Of a DNA stretch of 64,000 bases, positions 28,289 to 41,875 are shown piece by piece (the first letter of the stretch is position 1; each line of letters opens with the position of its first letter). The notes under the pieces are model-generated. The model had not been told where the DNA came from, searched no databases, and saw only the letters and a list, made by a program, of their open reading frames with translations. Made by a program: the position numbers and the translations under genes. The stretch comes from Paraspadella gotoi (lineage: Eukaryota; Animalia; Chaetognatha), in the NCBI GenBank assembly GCA_051294375.1, contig CM119268.1, forward strand, positions 7,336,861 through 7,400,860, read 5' to 3'.

Positions 28289-29307
28289 CTTTTTGTAATT
28301 TCATTTTGGTGGCGGGTGGGTAGCGATTTTTTTTTTATTCAGCGTGCGTATTTTTGTGCGTACAATGATTTTTTCGTGACAGAACGCGATGGTTCAAAAA
28401 AAAAAAAAAGAGGGAATGATTTAAAGAGATTGCGTTTGTTCGTGCGAGTTCATTCGTTTTCATTTTCGTGAGATTTTTTTTTTGCCCCAAAAAAGGAAAA
28501 AAAAATTGGATGACAAAAATTGAATATATTTTTTTTTCGGGGGAGGGTTAAAAAATGAAACAAAAAAAAATTGAAAATTAAAATCAATTTGAGAAAATTT
28601 TAGCGGTGAATCGATTAAATTCTTTTCAAGACGTTTTTCGGACAATCATGCACGAATTTGTTAACATTACTGTTAGATTACTGTTATGCAAAGACTCATT
28701 TCGCGTACAAATTATACAAATTATATAAATTATCGCGGGAAGTTTTTGTTAACAAGCGTCATCGCGTTATTGATTATGTGACAATTATGGATTCTCTCGT
28801 TTTAATTTGGTGGGACTCGGATAACGGATTTATTCTTTTTAAGAACTATGAAACATTACGGGTTAAACTTCGAATAAGATTCTTAATTTAAACTAAATAT
28901 AAATATTATTATGGAAAAAACCTTTATCTGAGTCGATTAAAAACAAAAATTATAATTAAACATGAAATTTCTGGGGACGAATCATAACACGCATCGTTTT
29001 TCAACGAATCACGATAAAATACAGCGCAGTTGAAATACTACGGCGAATCGGAAGGAGCAAAAACTTTTCGTTTCAAATACATTTATACACAACATAATAA
29101 TCATTTGTTTACATTTGTTCGTTTGTTTTTATTCAGTAAACATAAAATATTCCTCGGAATATTAAATTTCTCCGTCTAATTCGCCGCTCATCTACTTTTT
29201 CAGACCGCCCCCCCTCCACGCCAAACAATTCATCCATCTCCACCAGCCTCACCCACCCCACCCCATTTTCCCCCTTCCTCCACCACCTCCCACCTCCGTT
29301 CCCTCAC

Positions 29308-29487
29308 CTGCTGGCGTCCTTGGAATCGGACGCTCTTCTGCTGCGGTGATACTTTCTCCTGCTGGGGTGGCGCCTCATCTCGTCCCTCACCTTCGCCGCC
29401 GCCGCCGTGTGGAACTGTTGGGCGACGATGTAGTGGGGGTCGGGATTGTGGACGGAGGGAAAGGGGAGGCTGGGGAGTGGTTGGAGC
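29308..29487 (-). CDS. PHYHD1-like exon: end of domain (WLQP..LPFP) and start of C-terminal extension
   Basis: ccgcag...gtgag, 180 nt, phase 2/2. (W)LQPLPSLPFPSVHNPDPHYIVAQQFHTAAAAKVRDEMRRHPSRRKYHRSRRASDSKDAS(R). No stop occurs where PHYHD1 normally ends (WLQPTAELPFPQLYT). Confidence 0.88.
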
Positions 29488-29903
29488 CTGCGGGTGGAGG
29501 GTGCGTCGGGGGTAGGGGGGGTCGTGGAAATTTGGACAACGTTTGATGAATTAAGGTTTTTTTTTTCTCTCGGAAATTAAGTTAAAAATCTCACAAAATC
29601 GTTTACTGACTGAGATTTTGAAGGGGGGGTGGTCAAGTTTAATGAATTTATTTTTCTCAGCGTCAAACGATCGGTATATGGGCTGCAAATGTTTATCGTT
29701 GGTTAACAACTTTTATTACCTAATTTGAACTAATGAGTAGGATATATTTTAACTAAATTAAAACCTCACGTCATTATTGGGTCATTAACGTGAGCAAATA
29801 ATAAAACGCCGAGAATTAATTGTAACTTATTCCATTGAAATTCTTAAGTTCTCAAAGAGAGTTGCTTTATTTAATCAAATCGATGCCCTTTTGTTTCCCT
29901 CAC

Positions 29904-30030
29904 CAGTTGTCGTCGTGATAGGTGGAGTCTGCCAGATCCACGATGTGGAAGTTGAAGACGTTGAGTGGCGTCGTCGCCGACGACGGGTCTGAGGTGTAGA
30001 GGACGTCGCCGTGGAGCATGATGAGGCTCC
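29904..30030 (-). CDS. PHYHD1-like exon carrying the altered distal His and 2OG Arg positions
   Basis: ccacag...gtgag, 127 nt, phase 1/2. (G)SLIMLHGDVLYTSDPSSATTPLNVFNFHIVDLADSTYHDDN(W) aligns without gaps to PHYHD1 [29 protein letters not shown]. Confidence 0.93.
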
Positions 30031-30453
30031 CTGTGGTCGGGTGGGGGGAATATTCGATCAATCAATCAACCGATTCGAATTATCCGCTAATCAAATAACT
30101 AGAGTAACAAGTAACTAGAAAGGGTTAAAAGTATACCGGGTATACCGTGCTGTTTTAGCCATTATCAATTAAGAAGCCGATCGATTATCGATCACTCTAT
30201 TACTGATAGTGATAGTTCTCTTGACTCGTCAATGTTTCAATCAGTTGAATAGAGCTAATTAATCAAATCCAATCAAAATCAATCAAATCCAATCAAATCA
30301 AACAAATCAAGTCAAAAATTTATCAAATCAATTAATTAATCATTCAAACTTAATGTGTTGTTCTAACTTTGTTCGCACGATTTGGTGTTATAGATTGTTC
30401 AATGATTGGTCGTTGGTTATCCGTCAATCGATCAATCAATCAATCAAACTTAC

Positions 30454-30582
30454 CTTTCTTGATGAGCGCTCCACTCATCTCGTCCTCGTCGTACTCGGGC
30501 GGATTTCCTTCCCACGTGAGGAGGCGTTCGTCGGCGCCGGCGACATCTTCCGGGACGCGGACGAGTCGCCGACTCAGTCCAG
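30454..30582 (-). CDS. PHYHD1-like exon
   Basis: cttag...gtaagt, 129 nt, phase 1/1. (A)GLSRRLVRVPEDVAGADERLLTWEGNPPEYDEDEMSGALIKK(G) resembles PHYHD1 GVSRRMVR. Confidence 0.9.
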
Positions 30583-31682
30583 CTAAGTGGGGTGAGGGGG
30601 TGAGTTGGAATGTGAGGGTGGGACGGGGAAGGGGTCAGGGAGTGGGTTGTGGGACGGGGCAGAGGATAAAGGAGACGGGGGGGAAATTAAACGATTTTAA
30701 AAAATGACTTTCGTAAAGTTTCTGGATTTCGTATCACTGAAACGAGAGAAAGATCATGAAATGTGGAAATAAAAAAATGGAAAGGGGAAAACTAATTATT
30801 TACTAATGTATCAACGACTTTCTCTAAGTTCCGGTGTAAAAAAAGTAAAAAAAAAACCATTTTCCTTTTCTGTTCTTTCAATTAAGCGGATTGTTGTTGT
30901 TGTCGTCGTCGTCGTTTTCTAAATCACGGTCGCTTCGCAGTTATCCTCATTTAATACTCAATTACAGACAACGATACCTAATAGCGTTGAAATCAACTGA
31001 ACCCTTAATAAAAAAAATTGGCCTGATTAAGCTGACAAAATTTGAGCATTCAATTGATCCAATCTAAAAACCAGGTCGCCCCAACCCCTCAGCCGTGTGA
31101 AAGGCTTCGTAATAGCGACGGAATTTAAATAGAATGAATAGAAAACCGAGGGAAAAATTCTTATCGATGGAAAAAGAATTTTGGGAAAAAAAAAACGTTT
31201 CCGTCCGTCTAACATTTTTGGAGAATAGGGAAATAGATTAATGGGCAAACCCCCTCGACCCTAATTAGAATTTATGTACGTCGCGTTTATATTCTCTGGT
31301 TTTATGTTTTTGAAAAAAGATTTTTAGAGAAATACTTCGTTAAAATTTGACTGTTTTCTTAATTTTGTTTTGTAACTGGCCGGGTAATATTTTTTCAAGA
31401 CGTCTTGGCACATAATTTGGCCGGTCGAAATTAGGTTAGACGGGTCATTGGGGTATTTTTTACGCTGGTTTTAATAAAAGTATAAATATCCGTGACTTTT
31501 TTTAATAAAAACGACAAGCGACTCGACCAGAAAAACGACGACGACCGCCACGACGACAACGACGACGACGACGACGTGTAACACCGGAAGCAGACCGACG
31601 TTAAAACCTGATTAAATTAAGGGAGAAAAAAATTTGAAAAATGTTCGTTTATATTTTATTGTTGAACGAAAAAAGCCAAAAC

Positions 31683-31779
<97 letters not shown>

Positions 31780-32379
31780 ATACACATGTAAGGGCTATTC
31801 AACCAAATGAAATAAAAACAAAAAGCCAAGATGGGATTTTAAGTGACAAGAAGAATAAAAAAAAACAATTACATGCAGTTGTTTAAATATTATCGTAGTT
31901 TGTTTTGCTTGTTCCGTTTGTTCGTCAAATATCCGTACGTCCGTCAGTTCTATCTCCCGCTCGGGCGTCAATTTCGGCTACCGAACTTTGGCGGGCCAAA
32001 AGTCGCGCCCGTTTTTCCCTCGAACGGACCGCATGCTTGTCCGACGCGCAGCCGAGCGTCACTCCAAGAAATTGTAAGTGACAAAGTACGTGTCGCTGAA
32101 CGTGACACTGACAAAAAAAACGAAAGGTGACCCTCGGTCAAGTGCGCACAAGCGACATCATTCGCACGAACGCAAAGTCGAGCGCTCGTTCGAATAAAAA
32201 GCGTGACGTCATGAGCGCGTGGGAGAATAATAGAATTTTCGGACGAAAGATTGACGATATGACGATATGACGAAACTTGGGGGGATATGAGGTGAAAGGA
32301 CCGTGAACAATTCACCAGCTGGGATAGCTTGCACCTTAGCGCGCGTCTCTTTCTCTCTCTCTCTCTCTTCTCTTCTCTC

Positions 32380-32459
<80 letters not shown>

Positions 32460-32846
32460 AGCAAAAAAAGGCGAATATTTATACTTTTTTTAAAAAAAGC
32501 TAAAACCGTAAAATAAACCAAACAATAAAGAAAGAGAAAGAATTCAGCCATGTTTAATTTTCCAGCGTTAAGTAGTTTTTACCTCTGTTTAAGACCAAAG
32601 GACAATCGTCTGTTTTTTTAGCGGTGAATAATGAGTAATATTGTTAAATATTAATATGAAACAAAATAAACGGGTGCGGGGCAAGCACTTTGTTAATAAT
32701 TACGGTGAGAATCGTCAAACATTATAAAAAAAAACTAAAATCTACGGAAGCTCTAACGAGTTTTCACTCCGCGATTATTTCAGACCCGCCTTACCCCCCG
32801 ACCTCGCTCTAGCCAGTCCCACCTCACCCTGACCAGGAAGACTCAC

Positions 32847-32994
32847 CCTGATGCGACCCCGGCACGAACCACAGCGCCCCGTTGTCCCTCGTGGCGTCGT
32901 CCAGCGCCAACCAGAACCCGACGAGACGGCACGGGGTCGTCCCGTAGATGGCCGAGTCCTGTTGGGCGCAGTCGTAGCCGGGGCTGCCGGGTTG
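32847..32994 (-). CDS. PHYHD1-like exon carrying the altered HxD motif (QQD)
   Basis: cctcag...gtgagt, 148 nt, phase 0/1. QPGSPGYDCAQQDSAIYGTTPCRLVGFWLALDDATRDNGALWFVPGSHQ contains the PhyH signature W.ALDDAT..NG.L...PGSH. Confidence 0.95.
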
Positions 32995-33339
32995 CTGAGG
33001 GGGTTGAGGGAGAAGGTGGAGGTAAGGTTAGCAGGACAGGAGATAAAAGAGAAGTGATAAAAGTAAGAAAATGAAGTTGGGGATGAAAGGAAAGTCCGAC
33101 CAAGAAAATGCGAATGAAAATGAACCAAAAAAAAAATAAAAGCAGAGAAACAAAAGAATAACTCATATGATCGGAACAACTGACGAGGCCTAAAAAGGAC
33201 GCGGAAGTATTTAGTGTCGCATTTCAGCATTGATAAAAAAAAATGGCAATTTATATTAAACAACACAACAAGAAGGAGAAAAATTATGTAAAAAGACAAT
33301 AAAATACAAAGAAAAAGAAAGATAAATAGAAAGAAAATA

Positions 33340-33341
<2 letters not shown>

Positions 33342-33389
<48 letters not shown>

Positions 33390-33406
33390 TAATAATAATA
33401 TAAAAT

Positions 33407-33501
<95 letters not shown>
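33342..33501 (+). repeat. Compound (AAT)n-(AAAG)n microsatellite in a PHYHD1-like intron
   Basis: Direct inspection. Other (AAAG)n tracts at about 18895-19060, 20800-20940 and 38800-38940. Confidence 0.97.
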
Positions 33502-33595
33502 AAAACAACCGCCACAACAAGAACAACAACTAGAACAACCTCAAGAACTACTAGATGAAGAACTACTTCCCGATCTTCCCCTTAAGCCAACTCAC

Positions 33596-33714
33596 TCTGA
33601 CTAGAAAGGAGGCTTCGACGATGCAAGGATCTTTGAAGCCCAAAACTTTGATGATTTCTTTGATTCTCTTGTCGGTGACGTATTTCCACGCCGTACCGTT
33701 TGTGTAGTGTAGAG
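33596..33714 (-). CDS. PHYHD1-like exon
   Basis: ctgcag...gtgag, 119 nt, phase 1/0. (T)LHYTNGTAWKYVTDKRIKEIIKVLGFKDPCIVEASFLVR aligns to PHYHD1 ALH...LG...P.VVQSMYIFK. Confidence 0.92.
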
Positions 33715-34074
33715 CTGCAGTGGGTATTAGAAATCATTTAGTTTTTTTTTAATATCCTATCTGTAAAATAAATAACTTTTGAAATTTTACAATTATTTTT
33801 TGATAGTTTACATTTTTGAATCGCTTACTTTCCCGAATGTGCCTTTGCTGATTTTAGAAGACTCTATAATAAGGTTCTCTAAAACCATTCAGCTAAATGT
33901 ATTTAAATGCTTTAGAAAGTTAACGTCCATTGAAATATGTCCAAACGAAGATCACTAAGCCACAATTAAAAAACAAAAACTAAACGTCCACCTTACGGTT
34001 CAGAACCCCGAACCAACAGGCTCTAATGACCCTAACGCTAACCACTCGCCCAAACCGAGAGAGCAGCGACTCAC

Positions 34075-34198
34075 TGTGTCCGATTTTGTTGACGGATCGA
34101 CTTCGGCCGAAGCGAAAGACGCCGCGCGAATCAACGGCCGTCGAATCCAGGAAATATTTGACCGAATGTCCGCTGTCGAGAAGGTGCTCGTCTCTGTC
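34075..34198 (-). CDS. PHYHD1-like exon
   Basis: ttgcag...gtgagt, 124 nt, phase 0/1. DRDEHLLDSGHSVKYFLDSTAVDSRGVFRFGRSRSVNKIGH resembles PHYHD1 [20 protein letters not shown]...SINKIGH. Confidence 0.93.
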
Positions 34199-34593
34199 CT
34201 GCAATGAGGATGGGCGAGAAGACTCAGTTTATATTTGAACATTTTAGTTTATTTGTTCGTTAGGTTTTTTGTTCGTTCTTTCGGTGCTTCCAATGAACCG
34301 ATACTTTGTGCGTTCGTTCGTTCGTTCGCTCATTCATTCATTCATTATTAATTATTCGATTCATTATTTCATTAATATACTTCTTTAATAAGCAAGCCAG
34401 TCGGTCAACCACAACGCTTGGTAGATTGATTGGTTGGTTGGTTGTTTGGCTCGTTGATAGTTTCGTCGTATAATATTTAGCGGGCATTCACATCATTCAT
34501 TTATTCATTCTTGAATTCGTCAACCAAGCATCTCTTCGGAAAGAAGGTCCAAGGAATGTCATCGGGCACGATCGAGTGATTTCATCAACTTAC

Positions 34594-34740
34594 CCTCTCG
34601 TTTCCCCCTTCGGCGTACATGGAGACCTCGTCCTTGCTCGGGTCCATCACGTTGACCATTTGTCTGAGGGAAGTTTTGAGTTCGTCGACTTCTTGACGCG
34701 AGAAGGCGTCGCCGATGATGATGTAGCCATTGCGGTTAAA
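34594..34740 (-). CDS. PHYHD1-like gene, first identified coding exon (true start exon not found)
   Basis: Acceptor ttttcag, donor gtaagt, 147 nt, phase 0/0. Translates FNRNGYIIIGDAFSRQEVDELKTSLRQMVNVMDPSKDEVSMYAEGGNER, matching the PhyH/PHYHD1 N-terminal F.xxG[FY]hhh...S..E motif (human FQQDGFLVLEGFLS, recalled). Confidence 0.9.
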
Positions 34741-35836
34741 CTGAAAACGGAAAACAAAAAGACATCGGATTTTTTTAGTTTTTGGTCGTTGGTTGAAATA
34801 ATTTGGATTTCTTTTAATGGTTACGGTTAAATATGTCCGAGGTTTTTATTTCTCTTTATTTCTTTTCGAATAAAAAAACTGACACCAATAAAATTTAATT
34901 GGTTTTAATGTAAATAATAAAAAAAGGATGCTCATGGCTCAATGTTGCGGGTAACATCGATCGAATACGTCATTATGATTTGTATATATATAAAGGATGC
35001 ACGCATGCAACAATATTTTATAAGAAAGCTGGCTATTTAAACGAATTTATTGTCGAGTTTATCCCGAGTTTGAATCTGAAACGAAACGTAAACCGTTCGA
35101 GTTCAACTCTGACCCCAAAATGATTCAGTTTTTCTCTTTTTTTTTTCTTTTTCTTTTCAATCTTCATTTTCCTCCGTAAACTTTTTGTGACATCAGAGTA
35201 AATTTTTTTCTGCGTATAATAATATCTTTTAGCCGAAAGCAAGAAAAAAAAGAAGCTTCTGGTATCATACTTTTTGTTGAACGAAAAATCTTAATTCTTT
35301 TTATTAAAAAAATGACATGAATTTTTCAACAACGAAAAAAATGTTTCGCTTTTTGAACTAATTAATGTCAAAAAATGCGTCATAGATCGAGTGAGGATGA
35401 AGAGGTTATGAAAAAGGTCTTTTTAAACAAAACAAATTAAGTCTACGAGTTTAAATGTGTCACGATTTAAAAAAAGGAATTTAAAATAAATATTAATTTA
35501 AAAAATCTGTAAAAAAAAACCAATGGGTGACAATGGCTACGAATATGAAATAAATCGTAATTAAAGATCGAAATGTCAAAAAAAACAACCAAAAAAAAAA
35601 CATGAAAACTACCTGACGTCGAATGAATTTCGAACAATAATTTAATTTCTGCGGCAGAGAAAAAAAAAGGAAAGGAAAAGAAAAAAGAAAGAGAGAAGAG
35701 AGATGAAAGGAAAGAAAACTTCAATTTTAGAAAAAAGGGATTTTTTTGAAGGTTCAATTTTTTTTTCGGATGGGGTTAGTTAATAGTTATACTTTGTGAT
35801 CAACAAAGGAAAGTCTGTTCGTGAAGAGAGAAAAAG

Positions 35837-35958
<122 letters not shown>

Positions 35959-36463
35959 AAGATTAGCTGATATACTAAAAGATTTTGGGTTTCAACTCAT
36001 AAGAATAGAAATCAGGTCGAGCTTGCTTGGCGTGCATGTTAATGTTCGTGAACTTCGTGGGGTCGAATCATATCAAGTTACGCGTCACGCTTTTTTCTCT
36101 AATCAAATTTGTTAAATTAATTACATATTTATCTCAGTTTCGGACAACACAAATGGAATTTCATTCAAACAAGAAAATTCTCACTTTGAGTTAGATCGTA
36201 GCTGTATGTATAAACGAAATAAAAATAAATAACAAACACTGATTCTCTTCATTTAGTTTTTTCCAGAGGAAAAATTACTACGTTAGACCTAAGAAAATCA
36301 TGATTACCATCACAATCAATTAGGCTTACTGACGAAACGTCACTTACTGACCACTTACTGACCAGTCGCCCTCTTTTGTAATCGACTTTAGTGTAACGGA
36401 CTCAACCACTTCCTCCCATTCACACTCTCGACACACTTTCGTCTCTCTCTCTCTGTCTCTCTT

Positions 36464-36516
<53 letters not shown>

Positions 36517-36942
36517 TCTCTCTCTCTCTCTCCTCCCTCTCACACACACACACACACAGAGTTCTAGGTGCCCTCGACCGAGGGCGACCGTCCAAATATG
36601 CGCCGAAAATATTTCCCGAATCTTTCGATTTTCGCGAAATTAATGAAAAAAAAGGAAAAGAACAAAAGAAAAAAAAAAGAAAACTCGTGGGAGGTTCATT
36701 TGTTTTTGAAGAGGATTTTTTTTTCTTTCATCGTTAGTCATTCGCCCTCTGGCGGACGTCAGAAGAAAGAGGCCGAAGACAGAGAGATGGATATGGAGAG
36801 AGACGCGCCAAAAATCAATTTGCATTCTGAAGTTCAGATATTTTTTTTTCCTTTGGAAATGTCAGAGAGGGTCTGGACCAAGGAGAGGGAAAGTGTGGCG
36901 TGTATCGCACAAAGTATTGACTGTGGAAAGCGTGTTCAGGGG

Positions 36943-37019
<77 letters not shown>

Positions 37020-38714
37020 GAAGAGAGAGTCAATTCTGTCAAAGGCAGGAAGGAATCGATTCTGGAAACCAAAACAAACGAGGAAGCATCTGGTCTACAA
37101 AAAAAGTAAAAGAGGTAAAACGAAAACCGAGAGAACGTTTTCCCGCCCTTCGTGTACAATTACTTACAAAGAACTGAAATGGCAGCTAACAATGACGGCG
37201 GGGGATAACGATAAAGAAATGCAGATGACAGTAATGTCGTCCGAGTCTGAGTTGCGGTTGACCAAAGTTAATACAAATTAGTTTAATTTGCTGCCTTTTT
37301 GCATTTTTAATTAAATGCCAATTCCAATTAACAAGTGGACACTTTTTTTCCTTTCGAAGAAATTCACTTTTTTTTTCAAATGCTATGGATGACAAGGAAG
37401 CGATGAGATCGAGAATATTGAATATATCGTCAATTTGTGCTCGTTCATTGTGTAACACACAACAGTCCCAACTGACAGTCCCAACTGACAGCGCCAAAGA
37501 CACGTTAACACTTTTTCTCATTAAAGCTCTACGCGCGCCGAGGGGGAATTGTTTAGCGGTGACGAAAATAATCATTAATTGACCCTGATAATTATTAATT
37601 GATCGAGGCTAAAAAAAAAAAACGGCCGATCTTTATATTAAAAAATAACCTTTCATAGATGATGACTCATGATTATAAAATATTCTCTCCCCCCCCCCTC
37701 GGCCTCCAATTAAAAAGCTCTGGGCCGGAGGGTTCTAAGATTCAGTTACAGGATTGGAACCAAATGGAGAAGAAGGGAAAGGAAAAAGAGAGGAAACGAA
37801 AGAAAGAATAAAAAAAGGCTTAAAAAAGGATACGAGATTGATAGAATGCCAAAAAAGGAAATAAACATTCGCCGAAATAGATAATATTTTTATCTTTGAG
37901 AATGTATGACGCATATATGTAAATAAAAACGAAAGATCTTACCGCCAAGTTCATATATTAAGCTATGGCGAAAAAACGAGAAGCCGTCATTAAGATTCGC
38001 GTGGGCGGATCAAGACAATTTTAAACAACTTTATCTAATTTCAGTTTTGACAGGAGAGAAAAAAAAATGTGCTTTTTTTTCTTCTGTCTTTTCGATCATT
38101 TTTCTTATTTCGAATTTCGAAATTCTATCCCGTGAGAAAAGAAAGGGAGATTCTCAAAAAGATAAGGAAATGAAAAACAAATTATGAGGAAGAAACAATG
38201 AAGCGGAACCGAAAGGACGTTAAAGGTGGGACGAAGAAATTTGGCTACAAACTAAACTTCTGTGTGCAAAAGAACCAGAAGAACATCATATTATAAATGT
38301 TGATACCAAAAAAAACCGAACAAACAAGTTTCATATTATAAAAGTATAGCCTTTTAAACCTTCGCCCACTACCAGACTTTGTGGAGCTTAAACTTCGTCA
38401 AATAATAATAAAAAATCAACAATAATAGTAATTTAATCCCCATTACGACGCATCAAGAAGGTTGCCCCCCCCCCCGGGTCACCCACGCAATCTTATAACT
38501 CAATCCACTCTTCCAAAATTCCTCAGAGTTTTCTGTCAATATCTCTGGAAGTTTTCTTTCAATCTTCTTTCAGGTCTTCTTTCAATTTCCTTTCAACTCT
38601 TAAAAGAGCAATGACTCATAACCGCAAAAATTTACTTTCTCCTGCATTCTATAAACTGGAGGTCAGGACAAACAGAACGACTTTTTTTTTTGGAAAGGGG
38701 TGGTTGGATTGGCT

Positions 38715-38793
<79 letters not shown>

Positions 38794-38854
38794 AAAAGAA
38801 GAAAGAAAGCAAAGAAAGAAAGAAAGCAAAGAAAGAAAGAAAGCAAAGAAAGCA

Positions 38855-38910
<56 letters not shown>

Positions 38911-40163
38911 CAAAGAAAGAAAAGAAAGAACGAGAAAAAAGAGAGAAAAAGAAGAAGAATATTACTCAACCGTCAGTGACTAAAGAACCAATACTTAAAT
39001 AGAGATTAATTAACAAGACAATTGACAAAGAATCAATTAATAAAAAAAACCCCATCGCGTCCCGCCCGCTTTTCCTCCCACGCCGACGGCGGCTCCTTTT
39101 ATTCTCCGCGCACTCGGAAACTCGCCCGATCGCTGCCTATTGACCTTACCTAATTCGGGGGTACCTTATCATAAGGGGAAAGTGGCGCTCATTTTTAAGG
39201 GGAGCGTTGAACTCAATTTTTTTTTCGAGGCTCGACACGCGTTAAGGGGGCGGTCGGCATCGCGGATCATGGGAAGAGAAAAAAAAAGCTTACGAATTAA
39301 AATCGGATTTTCGATTCCAGATTCCTGATCATCCGAATTTCCTGAAGGGTTTTTTTTCGATTACGTGAAGAAATTTCTTTTTTTTTTCGATCGGATATTT
39401 CTACTGGATAATCTTCTTCTTGGGGATTTTTTTTCCTTTTAAAATCTTTTGATTTTATGTGTGTTTGCGTGATTGCGTAAGATACGTCCAAGGATGGAAA
39501 GAAACGATAAATAAAGTAAAGAGATAGGAATCGAAATTATCACCCGTCGGCTCCATGTATCTCAAAATACAATTTTATCCTAGTTCAACTGATTTCTTCG
39601 CTATTTATTCTAGAACCCTACTATAAATAAATTACCCCGGTCTGATGTCGCCGCGATGCCTGACCCCCCGAAGGTGGGAACGTCTCGCAAAAGACTCTTC
39701 GACACGAAAACTTGGTGGGCGGAAGATTAAACCCCGGGGACAAAATTGGAAGGGGGGCGTTGGGGGGAGACTAGGGAGTGGGCGTGAAGGATGGCGTGGG
39801 CGGAATCGATGACTGGGTATTAGGTAAGGGTCTTATAGGTATTGGGTAAGGAGCAGAGATCCCGAGCTGTCGCTCAGACCGACCATTTTAACGGTGGAAC
39901 CGGCTAAGACAAAAACGACAACGACGACAACAACGACTTGGATGGCAGGCCCGTCCCAGTGTAGGGAATAGAATTCTTAAGAGGACGACGACGACGATGA
40001 CGACGACGACGACAAGGACGAAGAAGAAATCGATTTTTTTTTCTAGAATTCGAGTAATTAATGAGGAACGCGAGTGGGACCTTGTCGTTGTTGTTGTCAT
40101 CGTCGTCGTCCTCTCACTGAAGTAACCCTCTCCGCCACGCCCGTTGGGACTGATAAAAGAAAA

Positions 40164-40232
<69 letters not shown>

Positions 40233-40378
40233 CTCTCTCTCTCTCTCTCATTCTGTCGCCGCTTCACCTTTAAAGACGGGGCCGCTTTTAATTGTTGTTA
40301 AACGATTCACTCCTACGAAGAAGAGTTTTATCTCCTTTCTCCGAGCGAAGGGTGGCATTCGAATATAACTCGTAAAAC

Positions 40379-40468
<90 letters not shown>

Positions 40469-41117
40469 GAGGGAAAGAGAGTTTTTTTCTCCTTTTTCAA
40501 CTGTGTCGCGTCGAATTGGGACGGGATTTGAAGAACCGAATGTTACGTTTATGGCTTAAAAAATATTCATTTAAATATATGTTGACAGAAGACTGAAAGG
40601 ATCTGACAGATGTAGGAAAATCGTGGACAAAACAAAGGAAAAACAAAGATGACTTATAAAAAAAAACAAATCACTCTGTTTTGGAAACTGTGAGAACCAA
40701 TATTCCCGGTAAATTCGACTTCCAGCTGGTAAGGGGACACTAGACACTAGACAAGCCGACTGCTCCACGAAATCTTTCAAACCGATAAAAACTTTAATCG
40801 TCTTTAATCCGCGAGTGTAAATTGACCCAGACTTTCCCCAACCGCGTTCGATTGTAATCCGAATATAAAATATGTAAAGCTGCAAATTTTTGAGGGTTTT
40901 CTTTTTTCTCTCTCTCTCTCTCTCCTTAACTTTCTTGTTTTTCTTTTCCTCCTACGCGAAATTTCGAGCTTCTTAGTCACGTGACATTGTGTCTTGTCAC
41001 GTGATACGAGATGAGTCACATGATACGAGTTGTGTCAAGTCGACATTCGCTCTCAATCAAAACACAAGAGAATTTGGAGGACCTTTGCCCTCTTGATATT
41101 ATTGTCTATATTTTCTC

Positions 41118-41196
<79 letters not shown>

Positions 41197-41477
41197 CTCT
41201 CTGAACCCCGAGCACCGGCGGGCTTCCGGCTTAATCCTCGATAAGACTTTGACCCAAGAGTCTCGACTGGCAGAGAGGCGTTTCCCTTTCCGCGCCTCTC
41301 GCCTATTCCTCCAAGGGTAGTCCCTCTTCCATCACACCAGACACTCATCACTCCAAGGAATCACTGCCTCCCCATCTCTTCACTCCGGTCACTTCTCAGT
41401 TCTCACACACATCACATCTTAGAAGCGTCACGCCCAGCTTCGGCCTCTCTTTCTCTCTCTCTCTCTCTCTTTCTCTT

Positions 41478-41555
<78 letters not shown>

Positions 41556-41780
41556 CTCGGCGTCGGCGTCGATAAATAACTTTTTTGTTTTCCAAAGTAT
41601 TAATCCATTTTATTTGTTATGCGTTGCTGTCATTGTCCTTATCATCGTGATTTTTATAAACTCGAGAAAAATATTGAGGAAAAAAGTGTGAAAGTTTGAT
41701 TGAAAACAATTCAACATTTTGACAGAAAAAATTTAAGTTATCCGCAAAGGAATTTAAAAATTCTTCGGACTTATTTAGTT

Positions 41781-41875
41781 TATTCATTCATTCATTCATT
41801 CATTCATTCATTCATTCATTCATTCATTCATTTATTCATTCATTCCTTCAATCATTCATTCATTCATTCATTCAT
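41781..41875 (+). repeat. (ATTC)n microsatellite
   Basis: Direct inspection; mirrored as (GAAT)n at about 49900-50005. Confidence 0.95.

Noticed and set aside
29308-29410. Alternative frame GGGGEGEGRDEAPPQQEKVSPQQKSVRFQGRQQ with an RVxF-like KSVRF
   Set aside because: It is out of frame with the WLQP..LPFP homology and its phase does not join the next exon.
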